From: Candidatus Atelocyanobacterium thalassa isolate ALOHA
GTDB taxonomy: Bacteria > Cyanobacteriota > Cyanobacteriia > Cyanobacteriales > Microcystaceae
Direction: 5' to 3'
Assembly: GCF_000025125.1 (NCBI RefSeq)
Contig: NC_013771.1
Coordinates: 720,001 to 752,000, forward strand
Length of the DNA stretch: 32,000 nt
This document shows positions 1 through 9,633 of the stretch, piece by piece. Both the position numbers and the translations under genes were made by a program. Below the pieces are notes generated by a model, which saw only the letters and a program-made list of their open reading frames with translations, was not told where the DNA came from and did no database searches. Position 1 is the first letter of the stretch. Every line of letters begins with the position of its first letter.

Positions 1-1
1 T

Positions 2-2635
2 AAAGCTGAGGCAACAAAAAAAGAAAAAATTTTTTGCATGGTCATCCCTCCTCCTAACGTTACAGGCAGCCTTCACATGGGCCATGCATTTGAAGATTGT
101 TTAATGGATGTATTAGTTCGCTACCACAGGATGAGCGGAAAAAACACATTATGCCTTCCTGGAACTGATCACGCTAGTATTGCGGTTCATAGTATTCTTG
201 ATAAACAATTAAAAGAAGAAGACAAGACTCGTTATGAAATTGGTCGTGAAAATTTTCTTAAAAGGGCTTGGGAATGGAAGCAATCATCAGGAGGAAAGAT
301 AGTATCTCAATTAAAACAAGTTGGCTTATCTGCTGATTGGTCAAGAGAACGTTTTACTTTAGATGAAGGATTATCTAAAGCAGTTAAAACTGCTTTTATA
401 AAACTATATGAAGCAGAATTAATTTATAGAGGTAAATATCTAATTAATTGGTGTCCTGCTTCTTTATCTGCTGTATCAGACTTAGAGGTAGAGAATAGAG
501 AAGTTAAAGGAAACTTATGGTATTTTCGATACCCTTTAAAGGATAATAGTGGCTATGTAGATGTTGCTACTACTAGGCCTGAAACTATTTTAGGTGACAC
601 AGGAGTAGCTGTTCACCCAAATGATGAACGATATAAAAAACTAATTGGAAAAACTTTAATATTACCTATTGTAGGCCGAGAAATTTTGATAGTTGCAGAT
701 GAATCAGTTGACTCTGATTTTGGAACTGGATCTGTAAAAATCACTCCTGCTCACGATCCTAATGACTTTGCCATAGGAACTCGTCATAATTTACCTTTTA
801 TTAATATTCTTAATAAAGATGGCAGTTTAAATGAGAATACAGGAGAGTTTCAAGGACAAGACCGATACGAAGCTCGTAAGAATATTGTTAAAAGATTAGA
901 GCAGGATGGCTTTTTAATTAAAGTTGAAGATCATTATCACTCTGTTCCATATAGTGATCGCGGCAAAGTTCCTATTGAACCGTTACTTTCTACTCAATGG
1001 TTTGTAAAAATCGAACCGCTTTCTAAAAAAGCACTTAAATTTCTAGACGAAGATAATTCACCTCGTTTCATTCCTCAACGATGGACAAAGGTTTATAGAG
1101 ATTGGTTAGTAAAGCTAAAAGACTGGTGTATTTCACGCCAGCTATGGTGGGGACATCAAATACCTGCATGGTATGTAATTAGCCAAACTGATGGATTAAT
1201 AACTGATGATACGCCTTTTATTGTGGCCTATGATGAAAGCGAAGCCTTGGAGAAAGCAAGAAAAGAATATGGTAATGATATCCAGCTAAAACAGGATCCT
1301 GATGTTTTAGATACTTGGTTCTCTTCAGGTTTATGGCCTTTTTCTACACTAGGTTGGCCAGAAAATACTGAAGATTTTGCAACTTATTACCCTACAAGCA
1401 CTCTTGTTACAGGATTTGATATTATTTTCTTTTGGGTAGCAAGAATGACCATGATGGCTGGATATTTTACAGATCAAATGCCTTTCAAAGATGTTTATAT
1501 CCATGGATTAGTTAGGGACGAAAATGGTAAAAAAATGTCAAAATCTTCTAATAATGGAATAGATCCATTGATTTTGATAGATAAATATGGTACTGACGCA
1601 CTCCGTTATACTCTAATCAAAGAAGTTGCAGGAGCAGGTCAAGATGTGACTTTACAGTACAACAGAAAAACAAATGAATCTGAATCTGTAGAGGCATCTA
1701 GAAACTTTGCGAATAAACTTTGGAATGCAGCGAGATTTGTCATAATGAATTTGAAGGAGGAAATTCGAGATGATATAGGAAATCTTAATACTGAATATTT
1801 GGATCTAGCTGATTATTGGATATTGTCAAGATTTCAAAAAGTAACTAAACAAACTATTAATCATATAGATAGCTATGGTTTAGGCGAGGCAGCAAAAGGA
1901 TTATATGATTTCATTTGGAGTGATTTTTGTGATTCATATATTGAATTAGTAAAATCTCGATTATCAGAAAATACAGATTCTTCTTTAGGTGCTCAACAAA
2001 CTCTAGCATATATTTTGGATGGAATATTGAAACTATTACATCCATTCATGCCTCATATTACAGAAGAAATTTGGCAAACATTAACACGAAAAAATAATGA
2101 ATTTATTGCTCTACAAGCATATCCCACTTCTGACTTAAATTATATAAAAGAAGATGTAGAAACCTCATTTGACTTGTTATTTGATGTGATCAAAAGTGTT
2201 CGTAATTTGCGAGCTGAATTAGATATTAAACCTAAGACAAAAGCTTCTGTAATACTACAAACCGAAAGCCAAACAACACAAAATACATTAAAAATAGGTC
2301 ATAAATATATTCAAGATCTAGGCAAGCTCAATAAAATAACGATTGTTTCTGAACTAGAAACGGAGACAGAGCAAGTTTTTACTGGGGTTGTAAGAAATAT
2401 ACAGGTTTTAATTCCGTTGTCAGGAATAGTTGACGTACCTCTCCTTCGTCAGAAGTTAGGAAAAAGTCTAAATAAAATAGAAAATGAAGCTAATACCCTA
2501 GCACAACGTTTAGGGAATTCTAAGTTTATTGCAAAAGCTCCTGAAGAAGTAGTTACAAAAACACACAATGCTCTTGAAGAAGCCAGACAACAGGCTAATA
2601 TTTTACGAGAACGTCTTCAACACTTACATGAGTAG
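2..2635 (+). CDS. valS: Valine--tRNA ligase (ValRS), 5'-partial; the frame is open to the window edge
   Basis: Class I aaRS HIGH motif ([14 protein letters not shown]) and KMSKS motif (GKKMSKSS), with a C-terminal coiled-coil tail. Codons upstream of the tracked ATG at 38 ([12 protein letters not shown]) contain no stop, so the true start lies upstream of the window. Confidence 0.96.
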   Translation, partial: KAEATKKEKIFCMVIPPPNVTGSLHMGHAFEDCLMDVLVRYHRMSGKNTLCLPGTDHASIAVHSILDKQLKEEDKTRYEIGRENFLKRAWEWKQSSGGKIVSQLKQVGLSADWSRERFTLDEGLSKAVKTAFIKLYEAELIYRGKYLINWCPASLSAVSDLEVENREVKGNLWYFRYPLKDNSGYVDVATTRPETILGDTGVAVHPNDERYKKLIGKTLILPIVGREILIVADESVDSDFGTGSVKITPAHDPNDFAIGTRHNLPFINILNKDGSLNENTGEFQGQDRYEARKNIVKRLEQDGFLIKVEDHYHSVPYSDRGKVPIEPLLSTQWFVKIEPLSKKALKFLDEDNSPRFIPQRWTKVYRDWLVKLKDWCISRQLWWGHQIPAWYVISQTDGLITDDTPFIVAYDESEALEKARKEYGNDIQLKQDPDVLDTWFSSGLWPFSTLGWPENTEDFATYYPTSTLVTGFDIIFFWVARMTMMAGYFTDQMPFKDVYIHGLVRDENGKKMSKSSNNGIDPLILIDKYGTDALRYTLIKEVAGAGQDVTLQYNRKTNESESVEASRNFANKLWNAARFVIMNLKEEIRDDIGNLNTEYLDLADYWILSRFQKVTKQTINHIDSYGLGEAAKGLYDFIWSDFCDSYIELVKSRLSENTDSSLGAQQTLAYILDGILKLLHPFMPHITEEIWQTLTRKNNEFIALQAYPTSDLNYIKEDVETSFDLLFDVIKSVRNLRAELDIKPKTKASVILQTESQTTQNTLKIGHKYIQDLGKLNKITIVSELETETEQVFTGVVRNIQVLIPLSGIVDVPLLRQKLGKSLNKIENEANTLAQRLGNSKFIAKAPEEVVTKTHNALEEARQQANILRERLQHLHE

Positions 2636-2678
2636 TTTATTGTTATCGATAATCTATCCATTATCGATAACAGTAAAC
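2635..2678 (+). terminator. 19-bp inverted repeat (one G-T wobble) overlapping the valS stop codon; possible terminator or RNA-stability hairpin without a clear U-tract
   Basis: gtttattgttatcgataat (2635-2653), ctatcc loop, attatcgataacagtaaac (2660-2678). Each arm carries the palindrome TTATCGATAA. The downstream sequence is tatgataaag, not a T-run. Confidence 0.4.
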
Positions 2679-2827
2679 TATGATAAAGTTTTAATCGGAT
2701 TTTTTCTACATATTACTGACTTCAAAAACAAGAAAAAATGTGAAGAGGATAATTGTTACTATATATATAATTTGTAAAAAAATATATATATAGTACATCT
2801 CAATACATTTACACAATAAAAGAGCTA

Positions 2828-3373
2828 ATGAGAATTGATAGGAATCAAAAGCTAAAAACACTATTAGGAAAAACGATTAGGCCTACTTCTTCTAAAGTTA
2901 AAGAAGCGTTATTTAATATTTGGCAAGGTAAAATTACAGGATGTAGTTTACTAGACTTATGCGCAGGAAGTGGAGCGATAGGATACGAAGCTCTTTATAG
3001 AGGAGCAACTTTAGTGGTTGGAATTGAAAAACATGGAAAAGCTTGCGCAGTTATTAATACAAATTGGCTAAAAATTTCAAGTTCTGAAAAAAGCTTTAAA
3101 GTTATCAAAGGTGATGCTTTAAGAATTCTGAATAGTTTAGAAGAGCAACAATTTGATTTTATTTATTTTGATCCTCCTTATAGAAGTAACTTATATCAAC
3201 CTACTCTTGAATTAATTGCAATAAAAAATATCTTAGCTAAAAGCGGAGAGATTGCTGTAGAACATGATTCAAGACTATGGAAGGCAAAAGAGATAAAAAA
3301 ATTAAAAATTATAAGAAAAAAATATTATGGAGACACTAATTTAACTTTCTATCAACCAAATCTAGATTCATGA
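2828..3373 (+). CDS. rsmD: 16S rRNA (guanine966-N2)-methyltransferase RsmD family
   Basis: 181 aa. SAM-binding motif LDLCAGSGAIGYEAL and the N-methyltransferase motif FDPPY. Size and layout are typical of RsmD. Confidence 0.85.
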   Translation: MRIDRNQKLKTLLGKTIRPTSSKVKEALFNIWQGKITGCSLLDLCAGSGAIGYEALYRGATLVVGIEKHGKACAVINTNWLKISSSEKSFKVIKGDALRILNSLEEQQFDFIYFDPPYRSNLYQPTLELIAIKNILAKSGEIAVEHDSRLWKAKEIKKLKIIRKKYYGDTNLTFYQPNLDS

Positions 3374-3644
3374 TAATAGGATTTTAATTAAGTTTTGTTT
3401 AAAGATAGAGTTTTTGTTCTTAAGAAACGATATACAATCAAATGAAGATTTTAATTTGCAAAAAATTATAAAAACAGAAATGATGTTATTCTTCTATTTT
3501 AATTAGCTGTAAGTGATAAGTTAATTAAAATTTTTTAGTATATATTTACCACAATAACTATTAAAACTTTATTAATAAAGTAATTTCTGGTTCAATATTA
3601 AAAATCTAAACAAAGTAAAAAGATACGAAATAGATAAGAATAAA

Positions 3645-4181
3645 ATGAGAACAAATATTCTTTCAGCCGAAAAAATAAGACAAGTCTTAACTCGTTTAGC
3701 TTCTCAAGTAATTGAAAAATCAGGTGATTTATCCGATATTGTTCTATTAGGCATCCATACTAGAGGCGTTCCTTTAGCTTATATGCTAGCGCAACAAATA
3801 GAAGTATTAGAAAATTTTAAAGTTCCTGTAGGTTCTATAGATATTACTTTTTATAGAGATGACTTGGATAGAATTAAAACTAGAACTCCAGTTAAAGCTA
3901 CATTTTCTTTTGATATAACTGGTAAAACTGTAATTTTAGTTGATGACGTTATCTACAAAGGAAGAACAATTCGTGCTGCCCTTAATGCTATTAATGAATA
4001 TGGGAGACCAGAGATCATTCGATTACTAGTACTTATAGATCGAGGTCATAGAGAATTACCTATTCATCCTGACTTTATCGGGAAAAAGTTACCTACATCA
4101 TCTAAGGAACAAGTAAAAGTTTATTTTCAGGAAACAGATGGGAGAGATGCTGTAGAGTTGATAAAAAATAATTATTTATGA
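3645..4181 (+). CDS. pyrR: Bifunctional pyrimidine operon regulator / uracil phosphoribosyltransferase PyrR
   Basis: 178 aa. PRPP-binding loop [18 protein letters not shown] and the N-terminal [11 protein letters not shown]...[12 protein letters not shown] pattern typical of PyrR. Confidence 0.9.
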   Translation: MRTNILSAEKIRQVLTRLASQVIEKSGDLSDIVLLGIHTRGVPLAYMLAQQIEVLENFKVPVGSIDITFYRDDLDRIKTRTPVKATFSFDITGKTVILVDDVIYKGRTIRAALNAINEYGRPEIIRLLVLIDRGHRELPIHPDFIGKKLPTSSKEQVKVYFQETDGRDAVELIKNNYL

Positions 4182-4316
4182 CTAAGCAACAAGCAAAAAC
4201 TTTAATCACACTAAATAATGCTGATACTTCTCTACATAAATGTAGGTTTTTCAATAAAGTTTTTGTAAAAATAAAGCAAATATGTAAAGAGATTATGTCT
4301 TTTCCATTTAAATTTC

Positions 4317-5063
4317 TTGTATAGAGATCAAAAGACCATTTTTAGTAAAATATTACGTTGTCGCGGAATTAGTGAATTAGCTTTAAGAATAAAAGTTAAT
4401 CATTTATTTACTCTAAAGCAAATTGAAGTATATTTTGATACTTTCTTAGGTGAGATATGCCTAAAAATCTGTACTAAAAAAGGTTCTAAGGAAGAAGCAA
4501 TTGCAATTCTTCAGCCTATTGCTACAGAAATACGCAAAGCTACCCAGTTAGATTGCTATGGACATGATTATGATACTTTAATGAAAGTCGTTGCTAAATT
4601 GTTAGTAAGAAATAAAGATACGATCTCTGTAGCAGAATCCTGTACAGGAGGAGGATTGGGAGCATTCTTAAGTTCTTTTCCTGGTAGCTCAAATTATTTT
4701 GCAGGAGGTGTAATTGCATACAATAATCAAGTAAAAATATCCTTGTTGAAAGTATCAAAACAGACTTTAGATATTCATGGAGCAGTTAGTTCTAATACTG
4801 CAAAAGAAATGGCTTTAGGTATTAAAAATAAGTTGGGAACTTCTTGGGGTTTAAGTATCACTGGTATTGCCGGTCCAGAAGGAGGAACACTTACCAAACC
4901 TGTTGGTTTAGTATACATTGGCATTGCCGATCCCAAGAATAAAGCTAGCAGTATAAAATGTTTTTTTGGACATCACAAAAGAAACTGTATTCGCTCGTTA
5001 AGCGAATATAGCGCATTAGATCAGTTAAGACGAAGCTTATTAACAAAAGCAATAATGTATTAA
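4317..5063 (+). CDS. cinA: CinA-family protein lacking the N-terminal MoCF-binding-like domain; keeps the linker and the C-terminal PncC (NMN deamidase) domain
   Basis: The PncC core is VAESCTGGGLGAFL...GGVIAYNN..K...L.V....L..HGAVS...A.EMA...ITGIAGPEGG...KPVGLVYIG. The upstream part (KILRCRGISELALRIKVNHLF) resembles the central CinA linker. The tracked start is TTG at 4317; an internal ATG at 4581 would give a stand-alone 160-aa PncC domain. Confidence 0.8.
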   Translation: MYRDQKTIFSKILRCRGISELALRIKVNHLFTLKQIEVYFDTFLGEICLKICTKKGSKEEAIAILQPIATEIRKATQLDCYGHDYDTLMKVVAKLLVRNKDTISVAESCTGGGLGAFLSSFPGSSNYFAGGVIAYNNQVKISLLKVSKQTLDIHGAVSSNTAKEMALGIKNKLGTSWGLSITGIAGPEGGTLTKPVGLVYIGIADPKNKASSIKCFFGHHKRNCIRSLSEYSALDQLRRSLLTKAIMY

Positions 5064-5151
5064 TAAATATTAGTTTCCCAAGACTATTTTAGGAGCGAAA
5101 TATTCGTAAGTATTGATAAATACTTAAATTAATTGCACAGTGTAACTTTTA

Positions 5152-5225
5152 TGGACATAACTGGATTCGAACCAGTGACCCCATCGATGTCAACGATGTG
5201 CTCTAACCAACTGAGCTATACGTCC
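5152..5225 (-). tRNA. tRNA-Val (anticodon GAC), no encoded CCA
   Basis: The minus-strand read is GGACGTA-TA-GCTC-AGTTGGTTA-GAGC-A-CATCG-TTGACAT-CGATG-GGGTC-ACTGG-TTCGAAT-CCAGT-TATGTCC-A. It folds as a full cloverleaf with a 7-bp acceptor stem (one G-U), a canonical T-loop TTCGAAT and the D-loop AGTTGGTTA. Confidence 0.92.
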
Positions 5226-5611
5226 CTGATAATTTAATATAGCACAGTATTTAGAAGGAAATCTATTATTTGTTTTTTAACAAACAGGATAAGGAATATT
5301 GCTTTCAAGAAATAAAGCAAAAAAATGTATCATATCAATTTTAAAAACAATTTTTTAAAAATACTATAAACATATATCAAAACTATTTCCTATAATTAGT
5401 ATGTTTAAGCAATCTATACAATCCAAGTATTAAATTGTATTTTATAAATAATGACAAACGAAACTTTATTTGAAGAACATTGATTGAAAATATTATGTAA
5501 CCCATAAAGTTCAAATGTTGTGATCATTATTCTTTATCTAAACCATTGGAAAACTTATTATTCCTAATAAAACTTTATTGATTCTAATTCTAGGTTTGAA
5601 TATTTAAAATC

Positions 5612-6238
5612 ATGGAAAAATTAACTGAACTCAACTCTGACTTAACAACCTATCCTATAGCTGAAACTTTCCATTCTATTCAAGGTGAAGGTGCCTGGAC
5701 AGGTGTTAGTGCATTTTTTATCCGTTTAGCTGGATGCAATGTCGGCTGTCCATGGTGTGATCAAAAAGAATCATGGACAGATAAAACATTCCCAAAATAT
5801 TCTTCTGAAATGTTAAGTACAAAAGCTCAACAAGCTAATGCAAGTATTGTAGTTATTACTGGTGGGGAACCTTTGATGTATAACCTTTTCCCTTTAACTG
5901 ATAAATTACGAAAATTAGGAATGAAGATTCATTTAGAAACTTCTGGCTCCTACCCTTTTAGTGGTAATTTTAATTGGGTAACATTTTCACCCAAGCCTTT
6001 CAAGGCTCCTCATGAAAGTATTTATGTTAAAGCAAGCGAATTAAAAATTATAATAGCTGATCAAAAAGACTTTGAATGGGCAGAAAAGCAAAAAAGTAAA
6101 ACTAATTCTCAATCAATTAATTTTTTACAACCAGAATGGAATAGTAGGACAAGCAGTTCTTTGATCTATAAATATATTTGTAAGCATCCCGAATGGCGTA
6201 TGAGTTTACAAACTCACAAGTTTTTAGGAGTAAGATAA
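5612..6238 (+). CDS. queE: 7-carboxy-7-deazaguanine synthase (radical SAM, queuosine pathway)
   Basis: 208 aa. N-terminal FHSIQGEGAWTGVSAFFIRLAGCNVGCPWCD (Cx3Cx2C radical-SAM cluster in the QueE context), then ITGGEPL. Confidence 0.85.
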   Translation: MEKLTELNSDLTTYPIAETFHSIQGEGAWTGVSAFFIRLAGCNVGCPWCDQKESWTDKTFPKYSSEMLSTKAQQANASIVVITGGEPLMYNLFPLTDKLRKLGMKIHLETSGSYPFSGNFNWVTFSPKPFKAPHESIYVKASELKIIIADQKDFEWAEKQKSKTNSQSINFLQPEWNSRTSSSLIYKYICKHPEWRMSLQTHKFLGVR

Positions 6239-6486
6239 ATAGATGCTGTTATAACTGTTTATGAATTATGCATAACGTATTTTTTATCCAAATTTAGAAT
6301 ATATTATGAAAATGGTTGTATGATTCTAACTTACTTTACAAGTGTAAGATTTAAATGACAATTAGTATGTTTAAAGATGAAAATAATTAATGTCAAATTT
6401 ATACTATTGAAAATGTAGTTATGGAAAGTAAGTTGGTAACACAGCTTGTTTTTTAAAAAACTTTCTGTTAGCATATTAAAAAATGA

Positions 6487-6580
6487 AAGGGGCAAACCAG
6501 CATCCCAAATACCAATTCTAGCCAAAAGGCTACGCTGAAGGACTTGCTTAGTTTTCGCCCCATGGTAGATAAGGGGTAAA
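6487..6580. other. GC-rich structured island in the queE-rimO spacer; candidate rimO-crhR leader element or antisense small RNA
   Basis: About 45% G+C by hand count over the roughly 100 nt ending at the rimO ATG, against very AT-rich flanks. Contains TAGCC-AAAA-GGCTA, CAGC...GCTG, and GGGGC(6489-6493) or GGGG(6573-6576) competing for GCCCC(6557-6561). Confidence 0.3.
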
Positions 6581-6590
6581 ACCAATATAC

Positions 6591-7910
6591 ATGGTCAAGA
6601 AACCAGCTATTGCAATTTCACATCTAGGCTGTGAGAAAAACCGAATAGATTCAGAACATATTTTAGGGCTATTAGCAGCAGAAGGATATTCTGTTAGTTC
6701 AAACGAAAATCTCGCTGACTATGTTGTCGTAAATACTTGTAGCTTTATTCAACAAGCTAGAGAAGAATCAGTTCGTACTTTAGTAGAACTAGCTGAAAAT
6801 AATAAAAAAATTATTATTGCTGGCTGCATGGCTCAACATTTTCAAGATCAATTGCTTGAAGAGTTACCTGAAGTTGTAGCAATTGTTGGTACAGGAAACT
6901 ACCAAGAAATTGTTAAAACTGTTCAACGTGTTGAGTTAGGTGAAAGAGTAATAGATATATCTCAGAAACCTACTTTTATCGCTGACGAAACTGTTCCACG
7001 CTATCGGACTACTAACGAAGGAGTAGCTTACCTGAGAATAGCAGAAGGATGTAATTACCGTTGTACTTTTTGTATTATTCCTCATTTACGAGGAAATCAA
7101 AGATCCCGTACTATCGAGTCTATTGTTGCGGAAGCTCAACAATTGGCTAATGAAGGTGTACAAGAGATTATTATCGTTTCGCAGATTACTACAAACTATG
7201 GACTAGATCTTTATGGGAAAGTTAAATTAGCTGAACTCTTACAAGCGCTAGGGAAAGTTAATGTTCCTTGGATACGTGTTCACTATGCATACCCTACAGG
7301 ATTAACGGCAGAAGTTCTTAAGGCTGTGAAAGAAGTACCAAATGTCATTCCTTACCTGGATCTACCATTACAACATTCTCATCCTAAAATTCTAAAAGCT
7401 ATGAATCGGCCTTGGAAAGAAGCAATAAATGATGAAATTATTAAATCTATTAGAGCATCTATTCCAGATGTCGTTTTACGTACGACTTTCATCGTTGGTT
7501 TTCCTGGCGAAACAGATGAATATTTTGAACATTTAGTAAAATTTATCAAGAGGCATCATTTTGATCATGTTGGAGTTTTTGTATTTTCTCCAGAAGAAGG
7601 AACTCCTTCTTACAAAATGCCTGATCAAGTACCATTGGAAATAGCTCAAGAAAGACGAGACTATCTGATGGAAATACAGCAGCCTATTTCTAACAGGAAG
7701 AACCAACAATATGTTGGGAAAATAGTAAAAGTATTGATTGAACAGGAAAATACAAAAACTCACCAATATATAGGGCGTTCAATTAAGTCTTCTCCTGATG
7801 TAGATGGAGTCGTTTTTGTTAAAGGCAAAGCTCAATTAAATTCAATTATTCCAGTTGAAATTACTAAAGCTGATGCTTATGATCTCTATGGAAAAGTTGT
7901 TCAAACTTAA
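6591..7910 (+). CDS. rimO: Ribosomal protein S12 (Asp88) methylthiotransferase RimO
   Basis: 439 aa. N-terminal UPF0004 cysteine triad context (LGCEKN...VNTCSFI...AGCMAQ), radical-SAM motif [14 protein letters not shown] and a C-terminal TRAM domain. Confidence 0.93.
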   Translation: MVKKPAIAISHLGCEKNRIDSEHILGLLAAEGYSVSSNENLADYVVVNTCSFIQQAREESVRTLVELAENNKKIIIAGCMAQHFQDQLLEELPEVVAIVGTGNYQEIVKTVQRVELGERVIDISQKPTFIADETVPRYRTTNEGVAYLRIAEGCNYRCTFCIIPHLRGNQRSRTIESIVAEAQQLANEGVQEIIIVSQITTNYGLDLYGKVKLAELLQALGKVNVPWIRVHYAYPTGLTAEVLKAVKEVPNVIPYLDLPLQHSHPKILKAMNRPWKEAINDEIIKSIRASIPDVVLRTTFIVGFPGETDEYFEHLVKFIKRHHFDHVGVFVFSPEEGTPSYKMPDQVPLEIAQERRDYLMEIQQPISNRKNQQYVGKIVKVLIEQENTKTHQYIGRSIKSSPDVDGVVFVKGKAQLNSIIPVEITKADAYDLYGKVVQT

Positions 7911-8061
7911 ATATTTATTTTTACATTTATTAAAATGAGAATAAAAAAACTCAGTAATAACACTCGTTAAAACAAAAAATAGTTTGAAAACTACTATTAA
8001 AACCTGACCATACCCTATTAAATTTTCAACTTACAGTAAACCTATTAACCATAAAGAACTT

Positions 8062-9495
8062 ATGACTATTTCTTTCGAGAACTTAGGACTATCCGAAACT
8101 CGCGTAAATAAATTAAAAGAGCTCGGATTTGAAAATCCTACAGAAATTCAGGAAAAAGCAATTCCTTTAATGTTAGAGGGACATGATGTATTAGGACAAT
8201 CACAAACAGGAACAGGTAAAACTGCAGCCTATTCTCTTCCCATACTTGAAAAAGTTGATATACAAGATCCTAGTGTTCAAGTCTTAATTTTAACGCCTAC
8301 TCGTGAACTTGCTCAACAAGTTGCTGAAGCTTTGAAAGATTTCACAGTCAGAAGGCGCCTCTATATACTAACTGTCTATGGTGGTCAATCTATAGACAGA
8401 CAAATTCGAAGCTTAGAAAGAGGAGTACAAATTGTAGTAGGAACTCCAGGAAGGGTTATTGATCTTATAGAACGGAAGAAATTAATTTTAGATTCTTTAC
8501 GTTGGGCTGTTCTCGATGAAGCTGATGAAATGCTTAGTATGGGTTTTATTGATGATGTAAAAACCATACTCAAAAAAACGCCTGAAAGTCGTAGCACTGC
8601 TTGCTTTTCTGCAACAATGCCAAGAGAGATAAGAGAACTTGTCAATCAGTTTCTAAAATCTCCAGTAACTATATCTGTTGAAAGAACTCAAGCTGCTCCT
8701 ACTCGAATAGAGCAAAACATATACATGGTTCCCAGAGGGTGGTCGAAGCGTAAAGCATTGCAACCTGTCTTAGAGATAGAAGATCCGGAATCAGCCATTA
8801 TTTTTGTACGTACTAAGCAAACAGCTTCAGATTTAACTACAAGACTACAAGAAATTGGCCATTGTGTAGATGAATATCATGGTAACCTCAGTCAATCACA
8901 AAGAGAAAGGTTGGTGCATCGTTTTAGAGACGGCAGAATAAAACTGGTCGTAGCTACAGATATTGCTGCAAGAGGTTTGGATGTAGAAGGTTTAAGTCAT
9001 GTAATCAACTATGACTTACCAGATAATAGCGAAACTTATATCCATCGTATTGGTCGTACTGGAAGAGCTGGTAAAACTGGAAAAGCAATTTCTATTGTAG
9101 AATCTGCTGATCGTAGAATGATTAGACAGATTGAGCGAAAACTTCGTCAAAAAATAGATATCTGCAAAATACCTAATCGCTCAGAAGTCGAAGCAAAGCG
9201 GCTAGGGAAATTACAGAATTTAATTAAAGAGTCATTGATAGGAGAAAGAATGGCTTCTTTTTTACCTTTAGTAAGCGAATTAAGTACGGAATACGACTCC
9301 CAAGCAATTGCTGCTGCAGCCCTTCAGATGATTTATGATCAAGACTGTCCTGATTGGATGAAAACTGACTGGGAAGTTCCTGAAGCGGCTACGCCAAAAC
9401 CAGTTATTGGTCGTAAGTCTAATAAATATAACTCTAAAAATAGTAAGCATAATCGTAATACTGGTAAAGTTATCCGTAAAACAGTAAGCCATTAA
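8062..9495 (+). CDS. crhR: DEAD-box ATP-dependent RNA helicase (CrhR-like)
   Basis: Q motif (F..PTEIQEKAIP), motif I GQSQTGTGKT, motif II VLDEADEM, motif III SAT and motif VI HRIGRTGRAG. It lies directly downstream of rimO, as in the Synechocystis rimO-crhR operon. Confidence 0.88.
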   Translation: MTISFENLGLSETRVNKLKELGFENPTEIQEKAIPLMLEGHDVLGQSQTGTGKTAAYSLPILEKVDIQDPSVQVLILTPTRELAQQVAEALKDFTVRRRLYILTVYGGQSIDRQIRSLERGVQIVVGTPGRVIDLIERKKLILDSLRWAVLDEADEMLSMGFIDDVKTILKKTPESRSTACFSATMPREIRELVNQFLKSPVTISVERTQAAPTRIEQNIYMVPRGWSKRKALQPVLEIEDPESAIIFVRTKQTASDLTTRLQEIGHCVDEYHGNLSQSQRERLVHRFRDGRIKLVVATDIAARGLDVEGLSHVINYDLPDNSETYIHRIGRTGRAGKTGKAISIVESADRRMIRQIERKLRQKIDICKIPNRSEVEAKRLGKLQNLIKESLIGERMASFLPLVSELSTEYDSQAIAAAALQMIYDQDCPDWMKTDWEVPEAATPKPVIGRKSNKYNSKNSKHNRNTGKVIRKTVSH

Positions 9496-9546
9496 AAATA
9501 ATTCTCACTATTTATACTTTCTTGATGTAGTGTGATTTAATTTATT

Positions 9547-9589
9547 CCCCCTGTTAAAACTTTAGTTATGACAAGGGGTATTTTGTTTT
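9547..9589 (+). terminator. Probable intrinsic terminator of crhR
   Basis: CCCCcTGT (9547-9554) pairs with ACAaGGGG (9571-9578), with one internal mismatch, followed by tattttgtttt. It sits about 50 nt after the crhR stop. Confidence 0.5.
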
Positions 9590-9633
9590 GATAGTTTTTC
9601 ATTTTCATAAATATCAATAATAGGAATTAAATT

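Noticed and set aside
2568-2777. 69-aa ORF overlapping the valS 3' end and running into the spacer
   Set aside because: It overlaps a well-supported gene out of frame and continues through an AT-rich spacer containing the terminator-like hairpin. It has low-complexity composition and no motif.
2759-2793. (TA)n inverted repeat ctatatatata ... tatatatatag upstream of rsmD
   Set aside because: It is a pure TA dinucleotide repeat in a promoter-like AT-rich spacer. It is more likely low-complexity or -10-like sequence than a specific structure.
5226-5611. Searched the queE upstream spacer for a preQ1 riboswitch and for a tRNA-Val promoter
   Set aside because: There is no preQ1-like stem followed by an A-rich tail with a CUA(A/G)GG-type anti-SD. 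A TATATT box lies 11 nt upstream of the tRNA 5' end, but no acceptable -35 accompanies it, so I did not annotate a promoter.
6331-6585. 84-aa minus-strand ORF in the queE-rimO spacer
   Set aside because: It has a TTG start, no Shine-Dalgarno and no recognisable family. Only its first 30 codons or so lie in the GC-rich island, which is better explained as structured RNA. A gene relic remains a possibility and is noted in the corresponding finding.
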